A stretch of 64,000 nucleotides of DNA, taken from Escherichia phage AV111. The stretch lies in sequence record OR352941.1, one strand, 5' to 3'. The translations under genes were made by a program, and so were the position numbers. This document shows, piece by piece, positions 9,506 to 17,522 of this stretch (the stretch's first letter is position 1; every line of letters starts with the position of its first letter). The notes beneath the pieces were generated by a model. That model did no database searches, had not been told where the DNA came from, and saw only the letters and a program-made list of their open reading frames with translations.

Positions 9506-9556
9506 GGCACTATTACTAAAGACCATATAATTTATCATCTTATGTGTAATAGTGCC
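9506..9556 (-). promoter_or_regulatory. perfect 11-bp inverted repeat GGCACTATTAC/GTAATAGTGCC with a 29-nt loop containing a TATAAT-like element
   Basis: seen in sequence between glycosyltransferase gene stop and ORF 9280..9480 start. Confidence 0.4.
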
Positions 9557-9572
9557 TCAGGCGATTCAGGAT

Positions 9573-10673
9573 TTACGCTGTGAAGATTTTATCCCACATC
9601 GCAACAACTGCATCTCGATTATACTTCTTCCATACTGCTTCAGCACGTTTAACTCGAGCTTCGTATGTGTCAGTGAATTCTAATACAGCTTTTGTGTAAA
9701 GCGCAACTACTTCTTTCTTAGGAGTAGAGGAATCAATTTCTACACGCACAGTATCTGGGTCGTATTCGAATGTCGCATGAGGATAATCCTTAAAAACTAA
9801 CTGGATTACAGGGACACCTTTAGAAATGGCTTCAATAGAACTATTCTCTACCGTACCTGTGTCAGGACACGTATTAATAAGTGCTTTAGCTGTTTTAAGA
9901 CGTTCCATGATTTCACTGTGTGGAGCATCAATAATAACAGGATATTTAGCTGGTGGTGCCCATTTGCTTGGACAATAACCAATACCATTTTCGCCTAGTG
10001 CTTTAATTGCTTCAAGAGCAACATCAGTGCGACGCATCTTAGTGTCATAACGTTGAGCACTAATAATCAAATCAGTTGCCGGGAGAACTTCTGGCTTTTC
10101 AGACAAACAAATAACCGGGTAGTCATCAGGTTCAAATAATGGATTTTCGCGCCAGTAGTCATAATCAATTTTGTCAGTCAGACCTGAAGTCATATAACAA
10201 TATTTGCGTTCAAATTCACGGAAGGCTTTAGTAGGAGCATAGCTCTTCCCGCCGTTCTTGTGAATCTGGATAGTCTGATCCCAAATTTGAACAATACCAC
10301 GAGACACCGGTTCAAACGGCGTAGCCATAAAATTCTTATGAACTTTAGAGAGTCCAGCATCTTTAATTGCCTGAACGGTTAGTTTAGTCGGTTCCATAGT
10401 AACAACAAAATCGTATTCATGGATGCCGGCTAGTTCAACAATCTTACGAGCCATAGTATAACTCATACCTAGACTGAATTTAGTCAGATGACCAACAGGA
10501 TGATGATTAACCTTCCAATCACCAAACGTGTCATTATCAAAGCCGATATAATCAATATCAGCACCGATGGACACAAGATATTTCAACACATTTAAATGTA
10601 CTGCTTCAAGACCACCTTGTACACGGTCAGGATTAAATGGGACTGCACGAGATGGGATAAACATAACTTTCAT
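9573..10673 (-). CDS. GT-B fold glycosyltransferase-like protein; candidate DNA (hydroxymethylcytosine) glycosyl/arabinosyl-transferase
   Basis: 366 aa; C-terminal motif TGTVENSSIEAISKGVPVI resembles the GT4/GT-B donor-binding motif; lies next to rIIA where the proposed RB69 arabinosyltransferase maps (recollection). Confidence 0.55.
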   Translation of the reverse strand: MKVMFIPSRAVPFNPDRVQGGLEAVHLNVLKYLVSIGADIDYIGFDNDTFGDWKVNHHPVGHLTKFSLGMSYTMARKIVELAGIHEYDFVVTMEPTKLTVQAIKDAGLSKVHKNFMATPFEPVSRGIVQIWDQTIQIHKNGGKSYAPTKAFREFERKYCYMTSGLTDKIDYDYWRENPLFEPDDYPVICLSEKPEVLPATDLIISAQRYDTKMRRTDVALEAIKALGENGIGYCPSKWAPPAKYPVIIDAPHSEIMERLKTAKALINTCPDTGTVENSSIEAISKGVPVIQLVFKDYPHATFEYDPDTVRVEIDSSTPKKEVVALYTKAVLEFTDTYEARVKRAEAVWKKYNRDAVVAMWDKIFTA

Positions 10674-10699
10674 AATTAAGCCTTATTAAAATTAAAATG

Positions 10700-10717
10700 A
10701 AGCTCCCGAAGGAGCTT
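10700..10717 (-). terminator. terminator-like hairpin AAGCUCC-UUCG-GGAGCUU overlapping the HNH gene stop
   Basis: 7-bp stem, UUCG loop, U-rich tail. Confidence 0.55.
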
Positions 10718-11513
10718 AGGACATCCAACACATTTTATAACCTTTGCAGGTTCTGTTAGGATTATTTAATGCTTTCAATATATTAGAAGACCCTATATCT
10801 AAATACTCTCTTAATTCATAAAGATAGTTAAAATCAATAGTTTCACCTGTTTTTACACTTGTGATTCTTATAGGCCTTCTTTCATATTTAGATTTATACA
10901 ACTCTCTAGTCTTAGCTTTAGTTTCTTCTGACCTAGGAGTGTATGGTTTAAATCCTTTTGTTTTAAATGTTTCCATTCTTGATTTAGTTATTTTATCCCG
11001 GTGTTCTTTTGTTTTTACAGGTGCTTTTCGCCCATTCTCCCGAGATAACTTGTTGGCCTGTATTATTTTATCTATTGCTTCTTGCGTATGAGTTTTACCA
11101 TAAAATGGATTTAATTCGCCTATACGTTGTGAAGCAATATGTGACATTAATTCTCTTGTTGCTTTAGTATGTTTTTTACCTTTAAATGGGTTGCCATTTT
11201 TAGCAATCCATTCTTTCATAAATCTAGAGTGCTCTTTAGAGAATTCTTGTTTAAGCCAATCATAATCTCTAGAATTTCTAGCTCCCATGTAAAAAGCTCT
11301 AATAGCCATAAGCATAGAACGGTTCTTATGAATTTTATAAAGCAATAAATGGGCGATAAAATGCTCTCTAGGGGTCATTTTAACTAGATTTGATTTAGCA
11401 TTACTCCCGCCCATAGATTTAGGCAAAATATGGTGAGTTTCAGTATAATTAGGAATAGTGCTGCGGTTTTTAGCCGCAGCGATAAGTTTATCATAAATTT
11501 TACGATAATTCAT
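10716..11513 (-). CDS. HNH homing endonuclease (Mob-like, NUMOD repeats)
   Basis: HHILPKS...NLV..T..EH HNH motif; ATG at 11513 overlaps gene 39 stop (TAATG); track ORF start is an upstream alternative codon. Confidence 0.8.
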   Translation of the reverse strand: MNYRKIYDKLIAAAKNRSTIPNYTETHHILPKSMGGSNAKSNLVKMTPREHFIAHLLLYKIHKNRSMLMAIRAFYMGARNSRDYDWLKQEFSKEHSRFMKEWIAKNGNPFKGKKHTKATRELMSHIASQRIGELNPFYGKTHTQEAIDKIIQANKLSRENGRKAPVKTKEHRDKITKSRMETFKTKGFKPYTPRSEETKAKTRELYKSKYERRPIRITSVKTGETIDFNYLYELREYLDIGSSNILKALNNPNRTCKGYKMCWMS

Positions 11514-13333
11514 TATCCTAGCATCCAATCTTTACGGAGTTCAGGGTCGTTACCCATGAGCATTTCAAATAGTTCTTTCCAATTTTCAGGAAGTTTAACT
11601 ACGTCGTACACAGGGTTTTGAATCATTTCTTTATATTCATCTCGCTGAAGTGAGCCCAATCCCTTGATGTATCGAATACTATGCTTAGGCAGTGTATCTT
11701 TAACTTCTTCATACTCAGCTACAGTATAAAACCATTTTTGAGTTTTGCCAATTTGTGCAATAATTACAGGCGTTTTAACAAAGCGAATACGTCCTTGTTC
11801 AAACAATTCAGGCCAATTACTAAAGAAAGCAAGCAAAGCCGGATAAATGCTTCCAAGACCGTCATGATCGGCATCGGTCATAATTGCAATATTACGATAG
11901 TTCGTATTCTCTGCCTTTTCACCAAGAATAAGACCTGTGATAGCACAGATATCAAAGAGCTCTTTGTTCTTCATCATATCAGCATATGACATACCCCAGC
12001 TATTCATCACCTTACCACGTAATGGGAATCCGCCGTGTAGTTCACGGTCACGAACATCAATGAGATAACCAATTGCCGAATCACCTTCTGTTAAGAACAA
12101 TGTTGTATCTGCATCTTTACCACATTGGTTAGCTTTAATATGCTTATGAACCTTAGCTTTAGTTGCCTTTTTAGCTGCTTTAGTTTCTGCAGCCTTTTCT
12201 GCTGCCAATTTACGAGCTAATGCTGCTTCAACAATAGGCATAATCAAGGCTTCGTTTTTAAGAAGTGCCTGAGCAATTTTCTTAGCATCTAATTGGATAT
12301 GATTACGAATATCACCATACGTTGACGTTAAACGTTCTTTAGTCTGAGAATCAAAACGCATGTTGCTCATGTCTCTAATAAACATCAACATTGTGAGACA
12401 TTCTTTAACACGAGCTTTAGTGACTTCAATACCCTTATATTTCTTTTTAATACCTGGCAAAAGATGTTCGCAGATATCATCCATTACGCATTCAACATGA
12501 TGACCGCCGTTTTTAGTATGGATGTTATTCACATAAGTTAAATGACGGAAGCCATCTGGTGATGTTGTGAATGCTATAGAGACTTTATCATTTTCTTGAA
12601 TGATGTTATCTTCACCAAATTGTTTAGCAAATCGTTTAAAATTACCATCAACCTTTTTACCATTAAATGTGAACTTGATATCAGGATAAACGACTGCCAA
12701 TGTTTGAAGTCGATCTAAAGTAATATCTAAATAAATTTGAGATAAATTATGCTCTTCAAATGAAGAGAAATCAGGAGTGAAGATTACTTTAGTGCCTTTA
12801 CATTTAGATTTCTTAGAAGACCATGATTTGTTTTCCATTCCGTTTGAACAGTTAACAGTGATTTCATTTTCGCCATCTGACGTGATGCCTGTAAACAACG
12901 TAGAGAAGATATTAGTTAAACTACTCCCGACGCCGTTCATACCACCAGTCTTGCGTTCAGAATCATCACCAAAGTTACCACCAGCCTTTGGAATAGTCCA
13001 GGCTGCTACAGGCCCAGGAATTTGTTCACCTGTTTGGTCGGTAACTAAACCTTGAGGAATACCACGTCCGTTATCTTCCACCGAAACTTGATTATTTTTA
13101 ATTTGCACGTCAATTTTATTTGCAAACTTAAATGATGTACGAATAGCTTCATCAACCGAGTTGTCAATAATCTCATCGATTAATTTAACCAGACCAGGAA
13201 CATATTCAACTTGTTGATATTTACCAAACAAAAAACGCTCGTGGGCTTCTTTGGCCGAAGAACCAATATACATGCCACTACGTTTCTTAATATGTTCTAC
13301 ATCTGACAGTACCTTAATTTCATTTTTAATCAT
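11513..13333 (-). CDS. 39: DNA topoisomerase II large subunit gp39 (fused 39+60 ORF)
   Basis: 606 aa GyrB-like; MIKNEIKVLSDVEHIKKRSGMYIGSS matches T4 gp39; single ORF covers the region split into 39 and 60 in T4. Confidence 0.93.
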   Translation of the reverse strand: MIKNEIKVLSDVEHIKKRSGMYIGSSAKEAHERFLFGKYQQVEYVPGLVKLIDEIIDNSVDEAIRTSFKFANKIDVQIKNNQVSVEDNGRGIPQGLVTDQTGEQIPGPVAAWTIPKAGGNFGDDSERKTGGMNGVGSSLTNIFSTLFTGITSDGENEITVNCSNGMENKSWSSKKSKCKGTKVIFTPDFSSFEEHNLSQIYLDITLDRLQTLAVVYPDIKFTFNGKKVDGNFKRFAKQFGEDNIIQENDKVSIAFTTSPDGFRHLTYVNNIHTKNGGHHVECVMDDICEHLLPGIKKKYKGIEVTKARVKECLTMLMFIRDMSNMRFDSQTKERLTSTYGDIRNHIQLDAKKIAQALLKNEALIMPIVEAALARKLAAEKAAETKAAKKATKAKVHKHIKANQCGKDADTTLFLTEGDSAIGYLIDVRDRELHGGFPLRGKVMNSWGMSYADMMKNKELFDICAITGLILGEKAENTNYRNIAIMTDADHDGLGSIYPALLAFFSNWPELFEQGRIRFVKTPVIIAQIGKTQKWFYTVAEYEEVKDTLPKHSIRYIKGLGSLQRDEYKEMIQNPVYDVVKLPENWKELFEMLMGNDPELRKDWMLG

Positions 13334-13355
13334 GTTGTCTCCTCGTTATGAAGGT

Positions 13356-13380
13356 ATTCTATCATCCGAAATCTAAAGCA
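13356..13380 (-). promoter_or_regulatory. MotA-dependent middle promoter for gene 39 (MotA box TGCTTTA, 12 nt, -10 TAGAAT)
   Basis: read from sequence; fits the T4 middle promoter pattern. Confidence 0.55.
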
Positions 13381-13384
13381 AAAA

Positions 13385-13395
13385 GGGCCGAAGCC
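13385..13395 (-). terminator. short GGC-UUCG-GCC hairpin plus U5, downstream of ORF 13397..13822
   Basis: seen in sequence; weak stem. Confidence 0.4.
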
Positions 13396-13396
13396 A

Positions 13397-13822
13397 TTAT
13401 TTAAATTTAATTTTCTGAAGTGCATCAATTGCAGCCAGGCGCCCTTGTTCACTTTTAACTGTAATGACCACATCGCCTGATACGATCACCGAACCATCAA
13501 CAAATTCTATAGAGCCTTTTTTGAAATCGACAGCTGTATCTGGTTCCTGAACTTCTTCAAAGAATTTAAATTCTGCACCATAAAGCATAATATCACCTTG
13601 CATACTATGAATAGTTCGGCCATAATCGCCTACGGCTTCTACAGCAATAACCGAAACACCGTAACCAATCATCTCTTCCACAATAAAATCTTTGGACAAT
13701 AAAGTAGTATGCAGATTAGTATTAAGACGTTTACCAGTTGTATTAAGAATTCTCAAGAAATTATCTTCCTGCCCTTTGATAATACGATATTTCTTACCAA
13801 CTTCAAAACCTTTAAAAGCCAT
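13397..13822 (-). CDS. hypothetical protein (141 aa)
   Basis: ORF in track, ATG start. Confidence 0.5.
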   Translation of the reverse strand: MAFKGFEVGKKYRIIKGQEDNFLRILNTTGKRLNTNLHTTLLSKDFIVEEMIGYGVSVIAVEAVGDYGRTIHSMQGDIMLYGAEFKFFEEVQEPDTAVDFKKGSIEFVDGSVIVSGDVVITVKSEQGRLAAIDALQKIKFK

Positions 13823-13824
13823 AA

Positions 13825-14004
13825 TTAACCCTTCTTAAGTAAGTCGTAAAAACCACCGTTCACATGTTTAGGAGCAGAAACCCGACGAGTAGACAGACGA
13901 TGACATTCAGGGCAAACATCGTTTTCTCGTTCAGAAATCCTTTTAATTTTTTCATATTCATGTCCGCAATCTTCAGATTGGCATTTATAGTCGTATAACG
14001 GCAT
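13825..14004 (-). CDS. FmdB-like zinc-ribbon protein (59 aa)
   Basis: [18 protein letters not shown]...CPEC; ATG overlaps upstream stop (TAATG); below ORF-track cutoff. Confidence 0.55.
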   Translation of the reverse strand: MPLYDYKCQSEDCGHEYEKIKRISERENDVCPECHRLSTRRVSAPKHVNGGFYDLLKKG

Positions 14005-14435
14005 TATTGTTCCTTAAAGTGAGCTTTCAACATTTGATACAAAGACCATGCCTGGTCGCTATTTTCGATAGTAATCGACATCACAGGAAATTCAGACAAT
14101 TCATCAAGTTCTCCAGAGTCTTGCTCTTCAGACGCTTGATATGGATTTCCTACTTCATCGAAGAACTCAGCTTCGCATGTAGAAAGCCAGATAAAGTTTT
14201 CATCAAGGATATCACCACCTGTAGCGTATCCGACCATGCCAGTAGATGTCACAATTTTAGTAGGACGTCCAAGATGGTCAACATCTAATACTTTAAACGG
14301 TTCCATGCCAAGACGTCGTGCATAAATCCCATTATCAGTGTGGTCTTTAATAAACTCTTCTTGGGCACGTTTATCTATAAATTGATACCATGAGTTAACG
14401 CGGAATTTATTAGCCATTAGTAAGTTTCCTTCCAA
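14004..14435 (-). CDS. hypothetical protein (143 aa; start may be internal)
   Basis: ORF in track. Confidence 0.5.
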   Translation of the reverse strand: MEGNLLMANKFRVNSWYQFIDKRAQEEFIKDHTDNGIYARRLGMEPFKVLDVDHLGRPTKIVTSTGMVGYATGGDILDENFIWLSTCEAEFFDEVGNPYQASEEQDSGELDELSEFPVMSITIENSDQAWSLYQMLKAHFKEQ

Positions 14436-14644
14436 TAAGTTGTACCGTTTTCAGTGATTTCACGGAAGATACCATAGATAGGCATTTCATCGCCGAGTTT
14501 TTCGTAAACGTAAACCACTTCTGTGTAGCATAAAAATTCGGTCCAGTTTTTCTGTACAACAACTAAATCAGGATTAAACAGAACATCTTCAAACTCATCG
14601 ATGTTTGAATCAGTAGTTACGTTTTTAATGATTTGACGTTTCAT
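14417..14644 (-). CDS. hypothetical protein (75 aa)
   Basis: ATG at 14644 with AAGAGGAG RBS; track ORF over-extended into the promoter. Confidence 0.5.
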   Translation of the reverse strand: MKRQIIKNVTTDSNIDEFEDVLFNPDLVVVQKNWTEFLCYTEVVYVYEKLGDEMPIYGIFREITENGTTYWKETY

Positions 14645-14672
14645 AATATTCTCCTCTTGTTTTGATAGGTCT

Positions 14673-14701
14673 ATAGTATCATAGACCATAGTTGTTGTAC
14701 A
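14673..14701 (-). promoter_or_regulatory. early promoter (-35 TGTACA, 17 nt, -10 TACTAT) inside hairpin GGTCTAT-N6-ATAGACC
   Basis: read from sequence. Confidence 0.5.
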
Positions 14702-15226
14702 TCATTTTAGCAAAATAAAATCAACTTGTTCTGCCAATGAACGTCTAAACATTAATTGACATCTTCCGAGGATGAAATCAGGTGCTTCATAGACCGCTAT
14801 GTAGTATCCTTTGGCTTTCAGGAGTTCAACATCCACCTGGTCATCAAACCATGCATAAACCGCGACAACACTTTCAAATCCAAAATAGAACTCTTGAGCC
14901 CAATCTTCGTTCAATTCAAATGTGTGCTCAACTCTATAGTATCTTAAGATATTTTGTTCAAGGAGTTTGTCTTCATTTACTGTAGGACGATTAGGGACAT
15001 TATAGTTGTCGCCGTGATGGTAGAAGTTACCTGAGAGTATTCCATGCTTATCAAGGAACTCCCATGTTTCTTCAGAGTTGTCGGTGCCTGACCAACCGTA
15101 CGGCGAGCGAGGTTCTTTATTCCAAGAGGTTTCCCAAATTCTGACGGCTTTACCATCTTCGATAGCAATTCCTGGTAATGATTCACGTTGAGTACAAAAA
15201 CTACGTTCTACGCGGTAAACTAACAT
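14702..15226 (-). CDS. hypothetical protein (174 aa)
   Basis: ATG start; promoter and RBS upstream. Confidence 0.55.
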   Translation of the reverse strand: MLVYRVERSFCTQRESLPGIAIEDGKAVRIWETSWNKEPRSPYGWSGTDNSEETWEFLDKHGILSGNFYHHGDNYNVPNRPTVNEDKLLEQNILRYYRVEHTFELNEDWAQEFYFGFESVVAVYAWFDDQVDVELLKAKGYYIAVYEAPDFILGRCQLMFRRSLAEQVDFILLK

Positions 15227-15252
15227 ATTATTCTCCTCTGGTTGATGTGGTT

Positions 15253-15281
15253 ATAATATCAAAACCAGAGGAGAAGTAAAC
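15253..15281 (-). promoter_or_regulatory. early promoter (-35 GTTTAC, 17 nt, -10 TATTAT); spacer arm pairs with the RBS
   Basis: 11-bp perfect inverted repeat TTCTCCTCTGG/CCAGAGGAGAA spanning 15231..15275. Confidence 0.55.
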
Positions 15282-15285
15282 AACT

Positions 15286-15705
15286 TTATGCAAAAGATGC
15301 TGGACAATATTTTTTGATTTGGAACTCAGGAACTACCATGAACTGTCCAGCGAAAACGATGTTATAAAGCTTAACACCATCTTCTACCCATTGGTCCGAA
15401 ATAAAACCAGCAACTTGATTCGTTGTCCACGGTGTTCCATCTGTTGCCGCAGCAATGGTGAACTCGTGGTCTTTTACAACTAAAACCGATCTGCACAGTT
15501 TCCATTTGAACGCGCGTTCTTCTGGCTCGATGAATTGGCTTTTAACGTAACCAATGTTACCATCAGCGTCACGAACTTTAACTTCGTTACGTCCAAAAAC
15601 CGGATCACTCACAGAAAGAACTTCGACCAACTTACCAGCAACTTTAGAGCGAGAAGCATCTGATACGTGTACATAATCACCAATAGAGAGATTTGCAATA
15701 TTCAT
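15286..15705 (-). CDS. hypothetical protein, DQW(V/I)EDG paralog family member A (139 aa)
   Basis: shares N-terminal and C-terminal motifs with the next two genes. Confidence 0.6.
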   Translation of the reverse strand: MNIANLSIGDYVHVSDASRSKVAGKLVEVLSVSDPVFGRNEVKVRDADGNIGYVKSQFIEPEERAFKWKLCRSVLVVKDHEFTIAAATDGTPWTTNQVAGFISDQWVEDGVKLYNIVFAGQFMVVPEFQIKKYCPASFA

Positions 15706-15714
15706 AATAATTCC

Positions 15715-16212
15715 TTAAGCTTTACGAGGAGACACATAGCGAGTGATTTCAGATTCTTCAACAACTCGGAAGTCACCTAAGAATACAATATTGTATAACT
15801 TTTTACCATCTTCAACCCATTGGTCACTAATGAAGCCGCACATAGTATCAGTTTTGCTTGGATAACCGTATTCGTCGATGTAATCAAATTCTTTATCGGT
15901 TATAAATTCAACGCCTTTGCAAAGGGCCCATTTGAACTGTGTAGTAGGCTCAACGATATCGTTTGAAGCAAAGTGTGCAGGTGCAACTTCTTCGCTTGAA
16001 GCAAATTGGACTCGTATATGTTTTTCCAGGAATTTAGGACTTACGTAAGCATACTGGGCATCTTGTCCGCCAAAACTCGGGATGATTCGAACTTTAACTT
16101 CTTTAACACGTCCCATGCCATTAGTACGAAGCCCTGCTACTTCAACCAGACGACCTGCAGCTTTAGAACGAGAAGCAGGAGATACACGAAGGATTTCACC
16201 AATAGTAATCAT
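15715..16212 (-). CDS. hypothetical protein, paralog family member B (165 aa)
   Basis: start moved to ATG at 16212 (MITIGEILRV...) by alignment with paralog A. Confidence 0.6.
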   Translation of the reverse strand: MITIGEILRVSPASRSKAAGRLVEVAGLRTNGMGRVKEVKVRIIPSFGGQDAQYAYVSPKFLEKHIRVQFASSEEVAPAHFASNDIVEPTTQFKWALCKGVEFITDKEFDYIDEYGYPSKTDTMCGFISDQWVEDGKKLYNIVFLGDFRVVEESEITRYVSPRKA

Positions 16213-16242
16213 AATTTCTCTCTCTTTGTTTAAATTGAATTC

Positions 16243-16271
16243 ACTATACTCCATCCATCCTTGGATGTACA
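16243..16271 (-). promoter_or_regulatory. promoter (-35 TGTACA, 17 nt, -10 TATAGT) with spacer palindrome CATCCA-TCCT-TGGATG
   Basis: read from sequence. Confidence 0.5.
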
Positions 16272-16274
16272 ACA

Positions 16275-16769
16275 TTAATTAAGGATATTAACCACAGCAC
16301 TACGTGGAACTACACTAAAATCACCTGCATGAACAACGTTCAGAAGTTCAACGCCGTCTTCAATCCATTGGTCAGTTACCCATCCACTCACTGGTCCTGC
16401 GAACGGACGTCGAATTGAAACAGCTTTACACAACAAATCAGTAGGCTCAATAGGCTTAATCAGAGTACCGTACATACAAGCGATATCCATATCAAAGTGG
16501 AGACCATCTTTAACAGGTGCTTCTTCAATCAACAGTTCAAAGTCTGTGCTTGGAAGGGCGGTAGTAGAAATTGTACCGTATGAATTTTTAATTTCTAAGA
16601 ATAACCAAGGGCCTTCCGTTTGTTTGATGAAGTTAACAATAGTGAAACTATTACCTTGAGTGGCACCTAAAATTTCACAAAACTTTTCATAAGCTCGCAC
16701 TGAAGCACCATACCAGTTAATTTGTTTTTCGTCTTTCAGGATGTAAGTAGCCGTAGTATTGATATTCAT
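16275..16769 (-). CDS. hypothetical protein, paralog family member C (164 aa)
   Basis: C-terminal GWVTDQWIEDG...AGDFSVV motif shared with A and B. Confidence 0.6.
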   Translation of the reverse strand: MNINTTATYILKDEKQINWYGASVRAYEKFCEILGATQGNSFTIVNFIKQTEGPWLFLEIKNSYGTISTTALPSTDFELLIEEAPVKDGLHFDMDIACMYGTLIKPIEPTDLLCKAVSIRRPFAGPVSGWVTDQWIEDGVELLNVVHAGDFSVVPRSAVVNILN

Positions 16770-16800
16770 AATGTTTTTCCTGTTTAGTTAAGATAAAAAG

Positions 16801-16830
16801 ATTATACTACAACCAAGGATGGTTGTAAAC
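16801..16830 (-). promoter_or_regulatory. promoter (-35 GTTTAC, 18 nt, -10 TATAAT) with spacer palindrome CAACCA-AGGA-TGGTTG
   Basis: read from sequence. Confidence 0.55.
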
Positions 16831-16835
16831 TGGTT

Positions 16836-17513
16836 TTATCGCTGTTTTACACTTAACGGGTCAGGATTCTCAGGGACATCTTCAAGGCCAAGCGCATAAC
16901 GCTGAGCATATTTTAACATCAAAATATCTTTAGCACAATCATGAATACTATCATGGGCAACGAATCCTTTTAGCGTACCCATCGGTAATGGACACATACT
17001 TAATCCTCGTGTCAACGAGTAAGCTTCGATTGCCGTACGAATATCACGTTGAGCCCAGAATTTAACCGGTTCTAATTTATCAGTATCAATATCTGGTTCA
17101 AGAACACCTTCATCACGATAGAGGTCACGAATCAAATCGACCAAGATCGGGAAGTCAAAGCTCATACCACGGCACCACATCTGTGATTTCCATTGGTCAA
17201 CTTTATTAGCTCGACAATAATCTAAAAAGATTTTAATGCCTTCAAGCGTAGTGACATCGTCTTCAGACGGGGCCAAGTTTTTACGTGCTTCTGCTGATTG
17301 TTCTTTCCACCATTTCATAGTGGATTTAGCGAAAACTCGCTTCCCTTTCTGAGAAGCTAAATTAAATTTAATTCGCTTACCTCGTTGAACAAGTTCTTCA
17401 AATGATTCAACAACTTCAGGGTCGGAATTATATGCAATAACCGCAAGGTCAATAACAGCCGCTTTTGATGTATTGCCGAATGTTTCAAAATCTATAATAA
17501 CATCAGTGCTCAT
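16836..17513 (-). CDS. dexA: exonuclease A (DEDD 3'-5' exonuclease)
   Basis: 225 aa; IIDFETFG motif; synteny with dda. Confidence 0.85.
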   Translation of the reverse strand: MSTDVIIDFETFGNTSKAAVIDLAVIAYNSDPEVVESFEELVQRGKRIKFNLASQKGKRVFAKSTMKWWKEQSAEARKNLAPSEDDVTTLEGIKIFLDYCRANKVDQWKSQMWCRGMSFDFPILVDLIRDLYRDEGVLEPDIDTDKLEPVKFWAQRDIRTAIEAYSLTRGLSMCPLPMGTLKGFVAHDSIHDCAKDILMLKYAQRYALGLEDVPENPDPLSVKQR

Positions 17514-17522
17514 AATTTTCTC

